Assembly: GCA_000146045.2 (NCBI GenBank)
Contig: BK006943.2
Location: forward strand, 681,752 to 745,751
DNA length: 64,000 bases
From: TPA_inf: Saccharomyces
Taxonomy: Eukaryota
Direction: 5' to 3'
Shown here: positions 46,823 to 58,065 of the stretch, in pieces
Layout: the number at the start of each line of letters is the position of its first letter
How positions within the stretch are numbered: the stretch's first letter is position 1
Notes under the pieces: model-generated
Databases searched by the model: none
What the model was told of the DNA's origin: nothing
Seen by the model: only the letters and a program-made list of their open reading frames with translations
Translations under genes and position numbers: made by a program

Positions 46823-47845
46823 TTAAGCTGGAAGAGCCAATCTCTTGAAAGTACCTTCCTGTCTGCATTTTTCTTGATGAATAGCCATCAATCTTTGAGC
46901 TTCCAAAGGATCAGAAACCTCTTCTGGTTCTGGCCAGGACAAGTATTCATTAGTGTAGTTCGAGACATAGTCTGGTGGCAGAATGGCTAATCTCTTACCG
47001 TAACCGGTAACCTTCTTCCAGTCACGGTGAACATTGTACAAAGATGAAGAGAAGTAAGCGTAACATCTTTGGTATTGCTTGTATGATAGATCGTTGTTCA
47101 ATTGAGGCTTGAAGTCGATGTATTCTTTCCAAGCCTTCACAGGGTCGGCTAGAACGTAGTCGGTTGCCTTCTTGATGGCTTTCAAGAACTTTCTGACCTT
47201 TTCAGGGTTTTTCTTCAAAAATTCATCGTTGCAGATGTAAAGAACGGTACAGAAACAACAGCAACCCAAGCAAGCCAACTTGTCAATTCTCAACATTTTA
47301 GCATCAGAAGCTGGTCTGCCTTGCTTGGCCAAGTACTCTTCCAATTCGACTTGTTGCATACATTCGATACCAATACCAGCATCAATCTTATCTTCGATGA
47401 TGTACTTGGCGACATTCATACCACATCTGACAGCAGTGTAGTCTTCTGGCTTCATACCGTAGTGCTTGGTCAATTCATCGATTTGGATCTTACCGAATTC
47501 ACCAACGTAACCGATCTTCTTACCCTTTAGGGACTGGAAGTCTTCAGTGATACCACTGCCCTTTAAGTACAAGACACCGGTGAATGGTTCGTCCAACAAA
47601 GAGGCAACAGAGGTCACTGGGAAACCACGGGCCTTGGCAGCCAAGGTGTGGATCATGGCTTTCAAACCCATGTCGACCTTACCAGATCCAATTAACTCAG
47701 TGACATCCGAAGGATTGGTTGGTTCTAGGATGGCAATGTCTAGACCTTGCTCCTTGAAGTAACCTTTGGTTTGAGCCAAGAAAATTGGAATATGGTATGG
47801 GGTTGGTTGCCAGTTCAACAAAAATGTGATCTTGTCTGTAGACAT
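46823..47845 (-). CDS. THI11: HMP-P (thiamine pyrimidine precursor) synthase of the THI5 family, 340 aa
   Basis: [77 protein letters not shown]... is the THI5/11/12/13 family. I assign THI11 from its position on chromosome X, since the paralogs are nearly identical. The ORF track extends 25 codons further upstream (to 47920), and I trimmed to the conserved Met. Confidence 0.8.
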   Translation of the reverse strand: MSTDKITFLLNWQPTPYHIPIFLAQTKGYFKEQGLDIAILEPTNPSDVTELIGSGKVDMGLKAMIHTLAAKARGFPVTSVASLLDEPFTGVLYLKGSGITEDFQSLKGKKIGYVGEFGKIQIDELTKHYGMKPEDYTAVRCGMNVAKYIIEDKIDAGIGIECMQQVELEEYLAKQGRPASDAKMLRIDKLACLGCCCFCTVLYICNDEFLKKNPEKVRKFLKAIKKATDYVLADPVKAWKEYIDFKPQLNNDLSYKQYQRCYAYFSSSLYNVHRDWKKVTGYGKRLAILPPDYVSNYTNEYLSWPEPEEVSDPLEAQRLMAIHQEKCRQEGTFKRLALPA

Positions 47846-50330
47846 AGCTTGGAAGTATGTGTATTGTTGTTGTGGTATTTTTATATAATTGAAAAGGTAA
47901 AAGAACGAAAGAATGGACAAGAATATTGTTCATGAAGATGATAATACGAGGTTTTTATATGTTTTGTTTGCTGTCGTCACAAGAGATTGATGTTGCTTAT
48001 TTTGCTATAACAGCACCATTTTACATAACCTGGATAAGTAATATTTCAAGCCTTCTGCTAGTTGAATAATTCGTATATTTCATAGTTCATAAGCCATCCA
48101 ATTCGAATTGAGCTCATTGCATCATAGCCAAAAATCGATAAATGCATTAACGCTGTTACCTCCAGGTGATTGCTGTCTTTATGCATTAACGCGCCAATCT
48201 TATTCCCTTAAAACATTACGCCGGCAAAACGCTTAATCGCATATCCCAGTTGGCCCGAAAGAGAATGCACATATACAAATATATATGTAAAGGGAAATAC
48301 CTTGTGACTACACCTATGCCTAAGTTTCAGTATCTGAACTAGGATAATTTCGATTATAACTCTAACATTTTTTACGTTTTCTCCATATTTCGAATTGTTC
48401 CTTCTTCAATCAAAATAATAAAAAAAAAAAATCACAAAAATGACTATAGTATTTTGAGCCCAACATGACTGCGAAATTGCTATTAACAATGATTAGTCAG
48501 TAGTATTGAATAACTTAGAATTTAAAACTACCTTATACAAGATGGGCATATAAAGGACATGCCAAATGGACATATTAAATACGCTCGATGTACCAGAACA
48601 TCCAGGAACTTACCATAGAAAAATATGTAACGACTTATAAACTTTAAATAAATTAGAGATTCAATGAATCTCTAATTTTTTCCGCCCGCCTATTGAACTT
48701 TTACTTTGTCATTAATCTATTCTGAAATAGGTACAGAGCGACGCCAGTGTAAACATATGTGTGATGGACATCAGCATTCAATGTATATCTTATCACACCA
48801 GTTTATCCAAAGATAGATGCAGTTTTGAAATTGGTTACTTAGAATATTTCTACTACATTTCGATAACAAATATAACTATTTTGAATTTAAAAGTTGAGTA
48901 TCCAAAAATTTTAGAAATACATACAATTACTTCCCAATTACTTCCCAAATATTCTCCCCCCTGGTTTGATATCATAAAAGCACCTTATGGCAACAAGATT
49001 CCCGGGATAGTAATGCTATTTAAATGTATATCTATTTCTCGAATACTTGTATCTTTACTCCACTACCCCTATGCAAGAAGATACGCGATAGTTTTTGTTC
49101 CTTCCTCTTCCTACTCTGTTAATTAACTGAAAATTATTTATATTGAAAAGGTACTTGTAGCAAATTAGACAAGGAATTCTCCTGGTATAAAGTTAGAGAA
49201 ACAGAAATATGAAACGGCCACCCCAGGTATGAAATATTATCTTAAGAAGAGCCATGAACACACATGAATAGATTCTTGAGACATGCTTAGGGTAACAAAG
49301 ACTGTAACGCCTTGTTGCAATACTGCTTTATTCAAATTTTTAAATTGTACGGAATTGTGGTAAGGAGAATGTGCAAATAACTTAGCATGAAACGGTGCTA
49401 TAGTTGAATCATTGTATGAGGTAACATCACTTCAACGAAAAGAAGAATAAAATTGACCTGCACATGGAGAAAGCGTAATATATAAAAAATGTTTACAATT
49501 TTGGCGCACTATATGGGAGAACAGCTGCTGGATAATATTATGCCCTTACTTCATTTCACCATATCCGTTTACAGTTCAAATCTCGCCGTCGAGCCATAAA
49601 TTCTCAAAATTCCTTTGCAAATATTTTGCTTACCTGTAACCGGCAGCTTACATTCTTCCGTCATAATTTCTCAGACGGATGACATAAACCATTTTTTCAG
49701 AATCCTCGATAACATAATCGATCAAAACAGTAATAAACATTCTCTTGCACAAAATGGACTTTGGCAGCAAATCCTGAAATATTGTGGAGTATTGCCAGAG
49801 GTAAAAGCAACGTTGAACAAATTATGACACTAGACCTCTTAGGCATAAAGATGACATCATCTAGGTACTCGTAAAGATCCTAACCACAGATTCCACCTTA
49901 AAAGACGACAATAGTAACTTTGTCCTTGATCTGGGTTACTAAATCAGCGATATGATCATTAAAGTGAATATCCCCTTCTTAAAATGTACCAAATATCTTA
50001 TACGTTTGCAGTTTTTCTTTTCCTTTTTCTTTATTTCTTTGGTAAGGACTAGGTAATTATTTCCGTATTTGGCTCCTTTGGCGCTTAAAAAATCTTGTAC
50101 GCAAATTTCCACAAGATATTGCGTGACAATTACTATTACTGAAGTTGAACTTGTTTCATGTCTCCGCCTGTGTTAACTCCGTTTTGCTTAACTCCGTCTC
50201 GTATTACAGTAAATTCATGATGTGCCTATGAATATGCAGCTAGCCTGCTGCAGGCAAAATTATTTTTAGCTTTGTGCGCTACAGTGGTAGTAACTTAAAA
50301 CTTAAAAGCTAAAATGCAAAAACAGTAGAG

Positions 50331-50336
50331 TGCGGG
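50331..50336 (+). promoter_or_regulatory. candidate Mig1 site (GCGGGG with a 5' AT-rich flank) about 350 bp upstream of HXT16
   Basis: aaaacagtagagtGCGGGGtatgc. Mig1 recognises SYGGGG next to an AT box, and HXT promoters are commonly glucose-repressed through Mig1. Confidence 0.3.
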
Positions 50337-50688
50337 GTATGCTTTTCTTTTGAACGTGCACTGCGCAGAGGCACAATTTAGCAAAGAAGTCAGGCAAGGT
50401 AGATGATGTAAACAAACGAGGACTTGTACTGCGCATCTTGAACCTTTCAATATCATAAGTGCAATCAGCTAAAGGTTTGATTTTCCGAATGCTCTGCAAA
50501 AAAGTTAAACATGGTTATATAACTCAAGTATGATAACTCCAGTGTTGGCCTGTAATCACCAACTTTCAAACGTATAAAGAAAGTAAGTAATTCATTGTTT
50601 GCTTCAGGTTTAGTCTTATTACTATCCATAGAAGTAAAACTATTGATATTATTGACAGAAAAGGAGGAAAGGAAACTAAAGGAAAAAA

Positions 50689-52392
50689 ATGGCAAGCGAA
50701 CAGTCCTCACCAGAAATTAATGCAGATAATCTAAACAGTAGTGCAGCTGACGTTCATGTACAGCCACCCGGAGAGAAAGAATGGTCAGACGGGTTTTATG
50801 ACAAAGAAGTCATTAATGGAAATACGCCAGACGCACCGAAGAGAGGCTTTTTAGGTTACCTTATTATCTACTTACTATGCTATCCTGTATCCTTTGGCGG
50901 TTTTTTACCTGGTTGGGATAGTGGTATTACTGCAGGCTTCATCAATATGGATAACTTTAAAATGAATTTTGGTTCTTACAAGCACAGTACTGGTGAGTAT
51001 TATTTGAGCAACGTGCGTATGGGTCTTCTCGTGGCCATGTTCAGTGTAGGATGTTCCATTGGCGGTGTTGCTTTTGCGAGACTTGCTGATACTTTAGGTA
51101 GAAGGCTAGCAATTGTAATCGTGGTTTTGGTATATATGGTTGGTGCAATTATTCAGATCAGTTCGAATCACAAATGGTACCAATACTTTGTCGGTAAGAT
51201 CATCTACGGTCTTGGTGCTGGTGGCTGTTCGGTGTTGTGTCCAATGCTTTTATCTGAAATAGCCCCCACAGATTTGAGAGGTGGACTTGTCTCATTGTAC
51301 CAACTTAACATGACCTTCGGTATTTTCTTGGGTTATTGTAGCGTTTATGGAACAAGGAAGTATAGTAATACTGCGCAATGGAGGATTCCTGTGGGACTAT
51401 GCTTTCTGTGGGCTCTAATTATCATCGTTGGCATGTTATTAGTTCCAGAGTCCCCAAGATATCTGATTGAATGTGAGAGACATGAAGAGGCCTGTGTCTC
51501 CATCGCCAAGATCGACAAGGTTTCACCAGAGGATCCATGGGTACTCAAACAGGCTGATGAAATCAACGCCGGTGTCCTTGCCCAAAGAGAACTAGGGGAA
51601 GCCTCATGGAAAGAACTTTTCTCCGTCAAAACAAAAGTCCTTCAACGTTTGATCACAGGTATTCTTGTGCAAACCTTTTTGCAACTTACTGGTGAAAACT
51701 ACTTCTTCTTCTACGGAACTACCATTTTCAAATCAGTTGGGCTTACTGATGGGTTTGAGACTTCGATCGTCCTAGGTACAGTGAATTTCTTCTCCACTAT
51801 TATTGCTGTTATGGTCGTAGACAAAATAGGCCGTCGTAAATGTCTGTTATTCGGAGCGGCTTCAATGATGGCTTGTATGGTCATATTTGCAAGTATCGGG
51901 GTAAAATGTCTTTACCCTCATGGCCAGGATGGTCCATCCTCGAAAGGTGCAGGTAATGCCATGATTGTGTTCACATGCTTCTATATATTCTGCTTTGCAA
52001 CGACATGGGCCCCTGTTGCTTATATTGTGGTTGCCGAGTCATTCCCTTCGAAGGTCAAATCTAAAGCAATGTCAATTTCGACTGCATTCAACTGGTTATG
52101 GCAATTCTTGATTGGTTTTTTCACACCATTCATTACTGGGTCTATCCACTTCTATTATGGTTATGTGTTCGTAGGTTGTTTGGTTGCTATGTTTTTGTAC
52201 GTTTTCTTCTTTTTACCAGAAACAATTGGTCTATCTTTGGAGGAAACCCAGTTACTATATGAAGAAGGTATAAAACCATGGAAATCTGCATCTTGGGTAC
52301 CACCCTCAAGGAGAGGAGCTTCTTCCAGGGAAACTGAGGCTAAGAAGAAAAGCTGGAAAGAAGTTTTGAAGTTCCCAAAGAGTTTTAATTGA
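50689..52392 (+). CDS. HXT16: hexose transporter family member (MFS sugar porter), 567 aa
   Basis: MASEQSSPEINADNLNSSAADVHVQPP... followed by 12 transmembrane segments and sugar-porter motifs (GRR, PESPR, PETKG-like). It belongs to the HXT13/15/16/17 subgroup. I assign HXT16 from its chromosome X right-end context (YJR158W). Confidence 0.8.
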   Translation: MASEQSSPEINADNLNSSAADVHVQPPGEKEWSDGFYDKEVINGNTPDAPKRGFLGYLIIYLLCYPVSFGGFLPGWDSGITAGFINMDNFKMNFGSYKHSTGEYYLSNVRMGLLVAMFSVGCSIGGVAFARLADTLGRRLAIVIVVLVYMVGAIIQISSNHKWYQYFVGKIIYGLGAGGCSVLCPMLLSEIAPTDLRGGLVSLYQLNMTFGIFLGYCSVYGTRKYSNTAQWRIPVGLCFLWALIIIVGMLLVPESPRYLIECERHEEACVSIAKIDKVSPEDPWVLKQADEINAGVLAQRELGEASWKELFSVKTKVLQRLITGILVQTFLQLTGENYFFFYGTTIFKSVGLTDGFETSIVLGTVNFFSTIIAVMVVDKIGRRKCLLFGAASMMACMVIFASIGVKCLYPHGQDGPSSKGAGNAMIVFTCFYIFCFATTWAPVAYIVVAESFPSKVKSKAMSISTAFNWLWQFLIGFFTPFITGSIHFYYGYVFVGCLVAMFLYVFFFLPETIGLSLEETQLLYEEGIKPWKSASWVPPSRRGASSRETEAKKKSWKEVLKFPKSFN

Positions 52393-54292
52393 TCAATATG
52401 CGCGCTTGATAAACATGCTAAGAGATAAATTCTTGAAAAAAAATAGGGCCTACTGTAAAACGAAGTGACACGTAATTTCAAATTTAATCAACAAAAAACT
52501 ACGAGTTTCTTTGCAAACTCCCTTTTTCGGACTACTAGTACTATATAAAATAACGAGTTATTTAGTGAAAGAAAGCGTTTGGTTAAGGCAACATTGTACG
52601 AAGTTCTGTTTCTTTAAGGCAAAGCAGAGTATAAAAAGTAGGATGCTTATGGAGTGAAAACGGAGTGGTGATGAAGATGGGGAAGTCAACATAGGTCCAC
52701 TTGAGTGCTTATGGAAGATCCTTAAAAATGCATTTCCAGGAACGTAACACTGTACCATTCCTCTAAATAAAGTGTATACAATAATATAGAAATATAGATT
52801 CTTCCCAAATATTCAGTTGTTACTATAAAGGGAATATTTGAGCTCGTTATTAGCGTGGCCGCACAAACAACCATCATATTAGAAGAGATAACTTTGTTTC
52901 AACTCGGGGGGGCAAACTTTCTCATGCTTCGTTAACTTGGCAAATACAACAAGCATACTTTTTGCGGTGAAAACATTTTGAGGCATGTTTCCACACAACA
53001 TAATAGCGAATGGAGTAAGATTTTTTTTGTAGTACAGTAAAAAGACCTCATATAGGTACCCGTACAAAGTCTCTGACCTCTCTGGGTGACCTGGGTCATT
53101 AGTAGTTCAAGGAGCATCTGCCACTAAAAGATTTGTGACCTAACTGTGGTAGTAACCGTTAAAGACACGGTATTGAAACAATGGGTTCAAAACAGTCGAG
53201 GGTTTTAGCATTTAAGTCGGCATATGTCCATTTCTATCCTTTTTCCAAGTCTATTGAGTTTCTTTATCTTTTTACTTATTTCCTTTTTGAAAGGTCTTAC
53301 GACAAAGTTCAAAGCTTGATGAATTGTCTATTACTTTATTTGCTAAATTGAAACTCTGGATGAGTACCAATTCTTCTTTTCATTTTGCGATAATTGACAT
53401 TATGATTTTTCAACTAATTAACATGATATTGTACATAATTTTTTAATATCAAAGCGCTACGTCCACTGAAACTATAGAACCGTTCATCTGTCGAATCAAC
53501 ATCTCTACAATTAGTACGAAAGCTTAGTTTATCAATTTTTTGTGAAAACTTTGACTAATGACGTATTATTGTGGTGTGCATTACGACCAAAAGGCGGGCT
53601 AACAATTCCAAGGAAAAAAGCTGGTGTAAACCTGACTGTTTGCCACGGCTTTTCTTACTACTAAATCGGTAGCAGGCATGAAGGAATCGTGAATGGTGTG
53701 ACCTGAGACAAGGAGAGGCAGGCATGAAGGCAAACAAATTACGGGGGAAGGCACAGGAGATACCCCCACTAAAGATTACCCCACAATCCCTTATTTTCTC
53801 GAGCTCCCTGCAGGAGAGTAAGTTTTAGGCACATATAGGTGCAGAAAATAAAGTTTTCGCGGACAGCTACTGCCGAGTGGCAAAATCTATGTTGAAGTTG
53901 GAAAGTTACGCCTAGCTTCAGGAACCATCGGGCTTGGTTGGGGTGAATAATGAAGGAACTTCGTTCAGAAAACTGTTGTCTTTACCAAGCACTTTAATGC
54001 TTTCTTCCTCTTCAACAGTTAAGGTTCATCATATTCTATTATCTCCGGTCTCGTATCTCCTTTCTCCGGTCACATGAAGCCTCTGTATCACCTTGCTAAC
54101 CGCATTTCTTCCATCTAAAGTATGTTCATTGCCATAAGTTGCTTACTCTCTCTTTAATATATAGAAAAAAATTCGACATATAAAAGGCTCAATGTCTTAC
54201 CGTTCATCTTTATGAAGAGATATAGTATAAGTGGAAAAAAGAAACATCAAACAATCAACAAGAAAAAATACTAAAAAAAAAAATTGAAAAAT

Positions 54293-55366
54293 ATGTCTCA
54301 AAATAGTAACCCTGCAGTAGTTCTAGAGAAAGTCGGCGATATTGCCATCGAGCAAAGACCAATCCCTACCATTAAGGACCCCCATTATGTCAAGTTAGCT
54401 ATTAAAGCCACTGGTATCTGCGGCTCTGATATTCATTATTATAGAAGCGGTGGTATTGGTAAGTACATATTGAAGGCGCCAATGGTTTTAGGTCATGAAT
54501 CAAGCGGACAGGTTGTGGAAGTTGGTGATGCCGTCACAAGGGTCAAAGTTGGTGACCGTGTTGCTATTGAACCTGGTGTTCCTAGCCGTTACTCTGATGA
54601 GACCAAAGAAGGGAGGTATAACCTTTGCCCACATATGGCATTTGCTGCAACTCCTCCAATTGATGGTACTCTTGTGAAGTACTATTTATCTCCAGAAGAT
54701 TTCCTTGTGAAATTGCCAGAAGGCGTCAGTTATGAAGAGGGCGCTTGTGTCGAACCCTTATCAGTCGGTGTACACTCTAATAAATTGGCTGGGGTCCGCT
54801 TTGGTACCAAAGTTGTTGTATTTGGTGCAGGTCCTGTGGGGCTTTTAACTGGCGCAGTCGCCCGCGCTTTTGGTGCCACCGACGTCATTTTCGTCGATGT
54901 ATTCGACAACAAGCTACAGAGAGCAAAAGATTTCGGAGCCACAAACACTTTCAATTCTTCCCAGTTTTCCACCGATAAAGCCCAAGACTTGGCCGATGGG
55001 GTCCAAAAGCTTTTGGGCGGAAATCACGCAGATGTGGTGTTTGAGTGTTCAGGTGCTGATGTTTGCATTGATGCCGCTGTCAAAACAACTAAGGTTGGAG
55101 GTACCATGGTGCAAGTCGGTATGGGTAAAAACTACACTAATTTTCCAATTGCTGAAGTTAGTGGAAAGGAAATGAAATTGATTGGATGTTTCCGTTATTC
55201 ATTCGGTGATTATCGTGACGCTGTGAACTTGGTTGCCACAGGAAAAGTCAATGTCAAGCCATTGATAACCCACAAATTTAAATTTGAAGATGCAGCCAAG
55301 GCTTACGACTACAACATTGCCCATGGTGGAGAGGTAGTCAAGACTATTATCTTTGGTCCTGAATGA
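54293..55366 (+). CDS. SOR1: sorbitol dehydrogenase (zinc-dependent medium-chain dehydrogenase/reductase, MDR), 357 aa
   Basis: The first ATG is at 54293 (MSQNSNPAVVLEKVGDIAIEQRPIP...), and the track start at 54284 is a TTG. A GHESSG zinc-ligand region and a GAGPVG Rossmann motif are present. I chose SOR1 over SOR2 by chromosomal context. Confidence 0.85.
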   Translation: MSQNSNPAVVLEKVGDIAIEQRPIPTIKDPHYVKLAIKATGICGSDIHYYRSGGIGKYILKAPMVLGHESSGQVVEVGDAVTRVKVGDRVAIEPGVPSRYSDETKEGRYNLCPHMAFAATPPIDGTLVKYYLSPEDFLVKLPEGVSYEEGACVEPLSVGVHSNKLAGVRFGTKVVVFGAGPVGLLTGAVARAFGATDVIFVDVFDNKLQRAKDFGATNTFNSSQFSTDKAQDLADGVQKLLGGNHADVVFECSGADVCIDAAVKTTKVGGTMVQVGMGKNYTNFPIAEVSGKEMKLIGCFRYSFGDYRDAVNLVATGKVNVKPLITHKFKFEDAAKAYDYNIAHGGEVVKTIIFGPE

Positions 55367-56256
55367 AAAGTGAATACTTTTCGGCACTGGTTCATGTCCA
55401 TATATATAGACCAATTCAAAAGCAGTAATACTTGAAAATAACACCGAAAAATAAAAATTTAAATAGTAGACACGTTTAATGACTTAAAAACTAACTTTTT
55501 CATATCTAATATTGTAAAATGGGCGGAAAAAGCTTAAGAATATGTTATTTTACAAATCAGAGCGCTGACACATATAGAGAGCTATATGATATGAGTGAGA
55601 GCAACTCTCCCGTATATGCTAAGAATATTGTCGCTTATTAGGATTGAAAGATAGGATCAATGAGGAATAAATGTTACCCTTTTTTCTTAAAAATGTAAGA
55701 GGAAATTATGAAATATACTCTGATTTGTTTATTATTGATTAAGAACAATATAATAACCGCTCTGGTAGCTACTGTACATATAATTTGACGGCATATATTG
55801 CTCATATATAAAACTACCGCATTACTTCCAGTTGATAGATTTTTAACTCAGTTTCAGTACTGCCAGAACTGCTCATTCGAGATTTTTTCTATTTTTAGAA
55901 TAGGTAAAATTGCACTTAAATGTATAAGGGATGTACGAAGTGAGTGCCCAGACTGTTACTATGACAATTAAACTAATGTCGATGACCATTTGTTTCGACA
56001 ACTCCATCTTCATTTTCTTCACGCGCCATACTCGGATGAGAAAGAATCTTTTCTCTAACTATACATTTCCAAACGCAATGATCAAGAAGAAAGCTAAATG
56101 TTACTTTGAGTTCAATTACTGAGACATGTCATGGGAATATGAGGAAGAAACAAATCTACGTGTATTATACTCCGTAACATGTAGAGTAAATACCATAGTT
56201 ACCTATTTACCTGTGTCGATAAATGTTCATTAGCTCATAAGTGATGGGATACATTG

Positions 56257-58065
56257 CTATTCCTCTGCAATGGAAGCTTCGATATCTCCCTTGGGGTCGT
56301 TATGAGAGACGTCTTTAGGGGGGGTTTTGACAACAAACGGATCTACTTTCGTCGATTTGAACTTTCTTGCAGAAACTCCAAGTTTAAATAACTCATTTAT
56401 TTCCACGAAAGTCTTTCCGGCAGTTTCTGGTAGGTCAACCACAGCCCAGATTAAAGTACAAAAGCATAAGACACCCCAGAAAAAGCCTGACTTAGCGCCC
56501 CAGTTCCACTTCTTAGAGTTCAGTTGGTATAAGATGAGAACGCTACATATGATACTGACCACATTATAAGTGTTACGTGCTAGAATGATTGTTTTCGTTC
56601 TTAGTCTTGAAGATGGCATTTCAGAGACTAGGCAAAAAACGACCGGGGCAATTCCTAAATTGTAAAAAAATGCTACAGCCATTAAAAGAGAACCACTTCC
56701 CATTTTGGAACCGTGCGTACTTGAGCACCCCAAACCGCCAATAATGAAAAAAACAATGGTTTGGAAGGCTAGTCCAAAAGCGTAAAGGTCATATCTACCA
56801 AAATACTTTGACGCCCACCAAGATAGAAATGTAGCACAAATACCGAGACAGTATTGAATAATACTAAAAGTGAAGGACATTTCAGTACTAACGCCAGCCT
56901 TTTCGTAAAAGTAAGTTGAATAACCTATTAGTATTGAACCACAAGTGGCTTGACCAGCCCAGCAGAGACAAGTAATTCTCGTTCTTCTTCGATTAATCTT
57001 GTCTTCAAAACAATCACTATAGGAGCCTTCTTTACTTGTGAGTCTCTTTTCCTTATCTATAGTCACTTTTATTTTGTCCACCTCCAGAGTTACTAGTATT
57101 TCTTTTTCAGGTCCCTTGCCGCTTAAAGTTCTTCTAAGTGATCTCCTTGCCTCATCAAACCTTCCTTTTTTAACTAGCCACCATGGAGATTCAGGTGCAA
57201 AAAAAATTCCCAGTGCTAAAGGAACTGGCAAAATCCACTGTAGGGCAAATGGTAGTTTATATCCTAATTCTGAATCCGCATATTTTTTTTGAGAATTTTT
57301 CATGATTCCAGCTGCAAAAAGTTGTCCAAATAACCAGCACAAGTTTGAATAGGTTGTAAGGTAATATCTCAGAGCCAATGGGCATATTTCAGAAGCGTAA
57401 GACACCGTCAAACACTGAAAACAACCCCATGGCATCCCGCACAATGCTTGTCCCACAGCAATCATGCCTAAACTATTGCAAAAGTACAGTATAAAAGTGA
57501 AGGCAGCTAAAAAAAACAATGCAATAATCAATGTGTAACGATTTCCAACAAGATCCACGGAGGGCCCCGTTAGCTGTAGCCCCACAATTTCACCTGCCAT
57601 ATAACATAAGGTCAGCCCGATTTGCCATGACGCTGAAATTTCCCATTCTCCAGTTTTGTCATTTTGTGAGCCAAACTTTCTCTGAAAAATAGGCAAGGCG
57701 TAGAAAGCTCCAAGAATAGCTGTGTCGTACCCTTCCATGATTAAAGTTGTAGAGACCAATAGTGACCAAGCTGCTGCCTTGGGATATGTATTCAATGCTG
57801 TCGCAAGTGGCATTCCTCTTTCACTTTCGTCTGCCTCCTTGGCATCCTCAGTAGCGTCAAATATCTCTGTTATTACTTTATTGCTATCGCTTGGCGCTCT
57901 TGTATCCGGACTGAACTCAACATGAACAATATCTAAGCCGTCCTTCTTAGTTTGATCATCCATTTCTATCCAGCTGGGTTCATGCGACTTAGCCTTTCCT
58001 GGGTATACATTCGAGTCACTTGTATTTTCCTTTCTTCTGTTTATGAGAAAAGATAAGTTTTTCAT
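56257..58065 (-). CDS. MPH3: alpha-glucoside (maltose) permease, MFS, 602 aa
   Basis: [43 protein letters not shown]... gives 602 aa, matching MPH2/MPH3. I chose MPH3 (YJR160C) by chromosome X context. Confidence 0.85.
   Translation of the reverse strand: MKNLSFLINRRKENTSDSNVYPGKAKSHEPSWIEMDDQTKKDGLDIVHVEFSPDTRAPSDSNKVITEIFDATEDAKEADESERGMPLATALNTYPKAAAWSLLVSTTLIMEGYDTAILGAFYALPIFQRKFGSQNDKTGEWEISASWQIGLTLCYMAGEIVGLQLTGPSVDLVGNRYTLIIALFFLAAFTFILYFCNSLGMIAVGQALCGMPWGCFQCLTVSYASEICPLALRYYLTTYSNLCWLFGQLFAAGIMKNSQKKYADSELGYKLPFALQWILPVPLALGIFFAPESPWWLVKKGRFDEARRSLRRTLSGKGPEKEILVTLEVDKIKVTIDKEKRLTSKEGSYSDCFEDKINRRRTRITCLCWAGQATCGSILIGYSTYFYEKAGVSTEMSFTFSIIQYCLGICATFLSWWASKYFGRYDLYAFGLAFQTIVFFIIGGLGCSSTHGSKMGSGSLLMAVAFFYNLGIAPVVFCLVSEMPSSRLRTKTIILARNTYNVVSIICSVLILYQLNSKKWNWGAKSGFFWGVLCFCTLIWAVVDLPETAGKTFVEINELFKLGVSARKFKSTKVDPFVVKTPPKDVSHNDPKGDIEASIAEE

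Noticed and set aside
47846-47920. 25-codon N-terminal extension of THI11 in the ORF track ([25 protein letters not shown]-)
   Set aside because: The THI5-family proteins start at the conserved MSTDKITF. The extension is AT-rich promoter sequence read through in frame.
48761-49126. 121-aa ORF (YJR157W-like) in the HXT16 upstream region
   Set aside because: AT-rich, low-complexity translation with no domain signature. Probably spurious.
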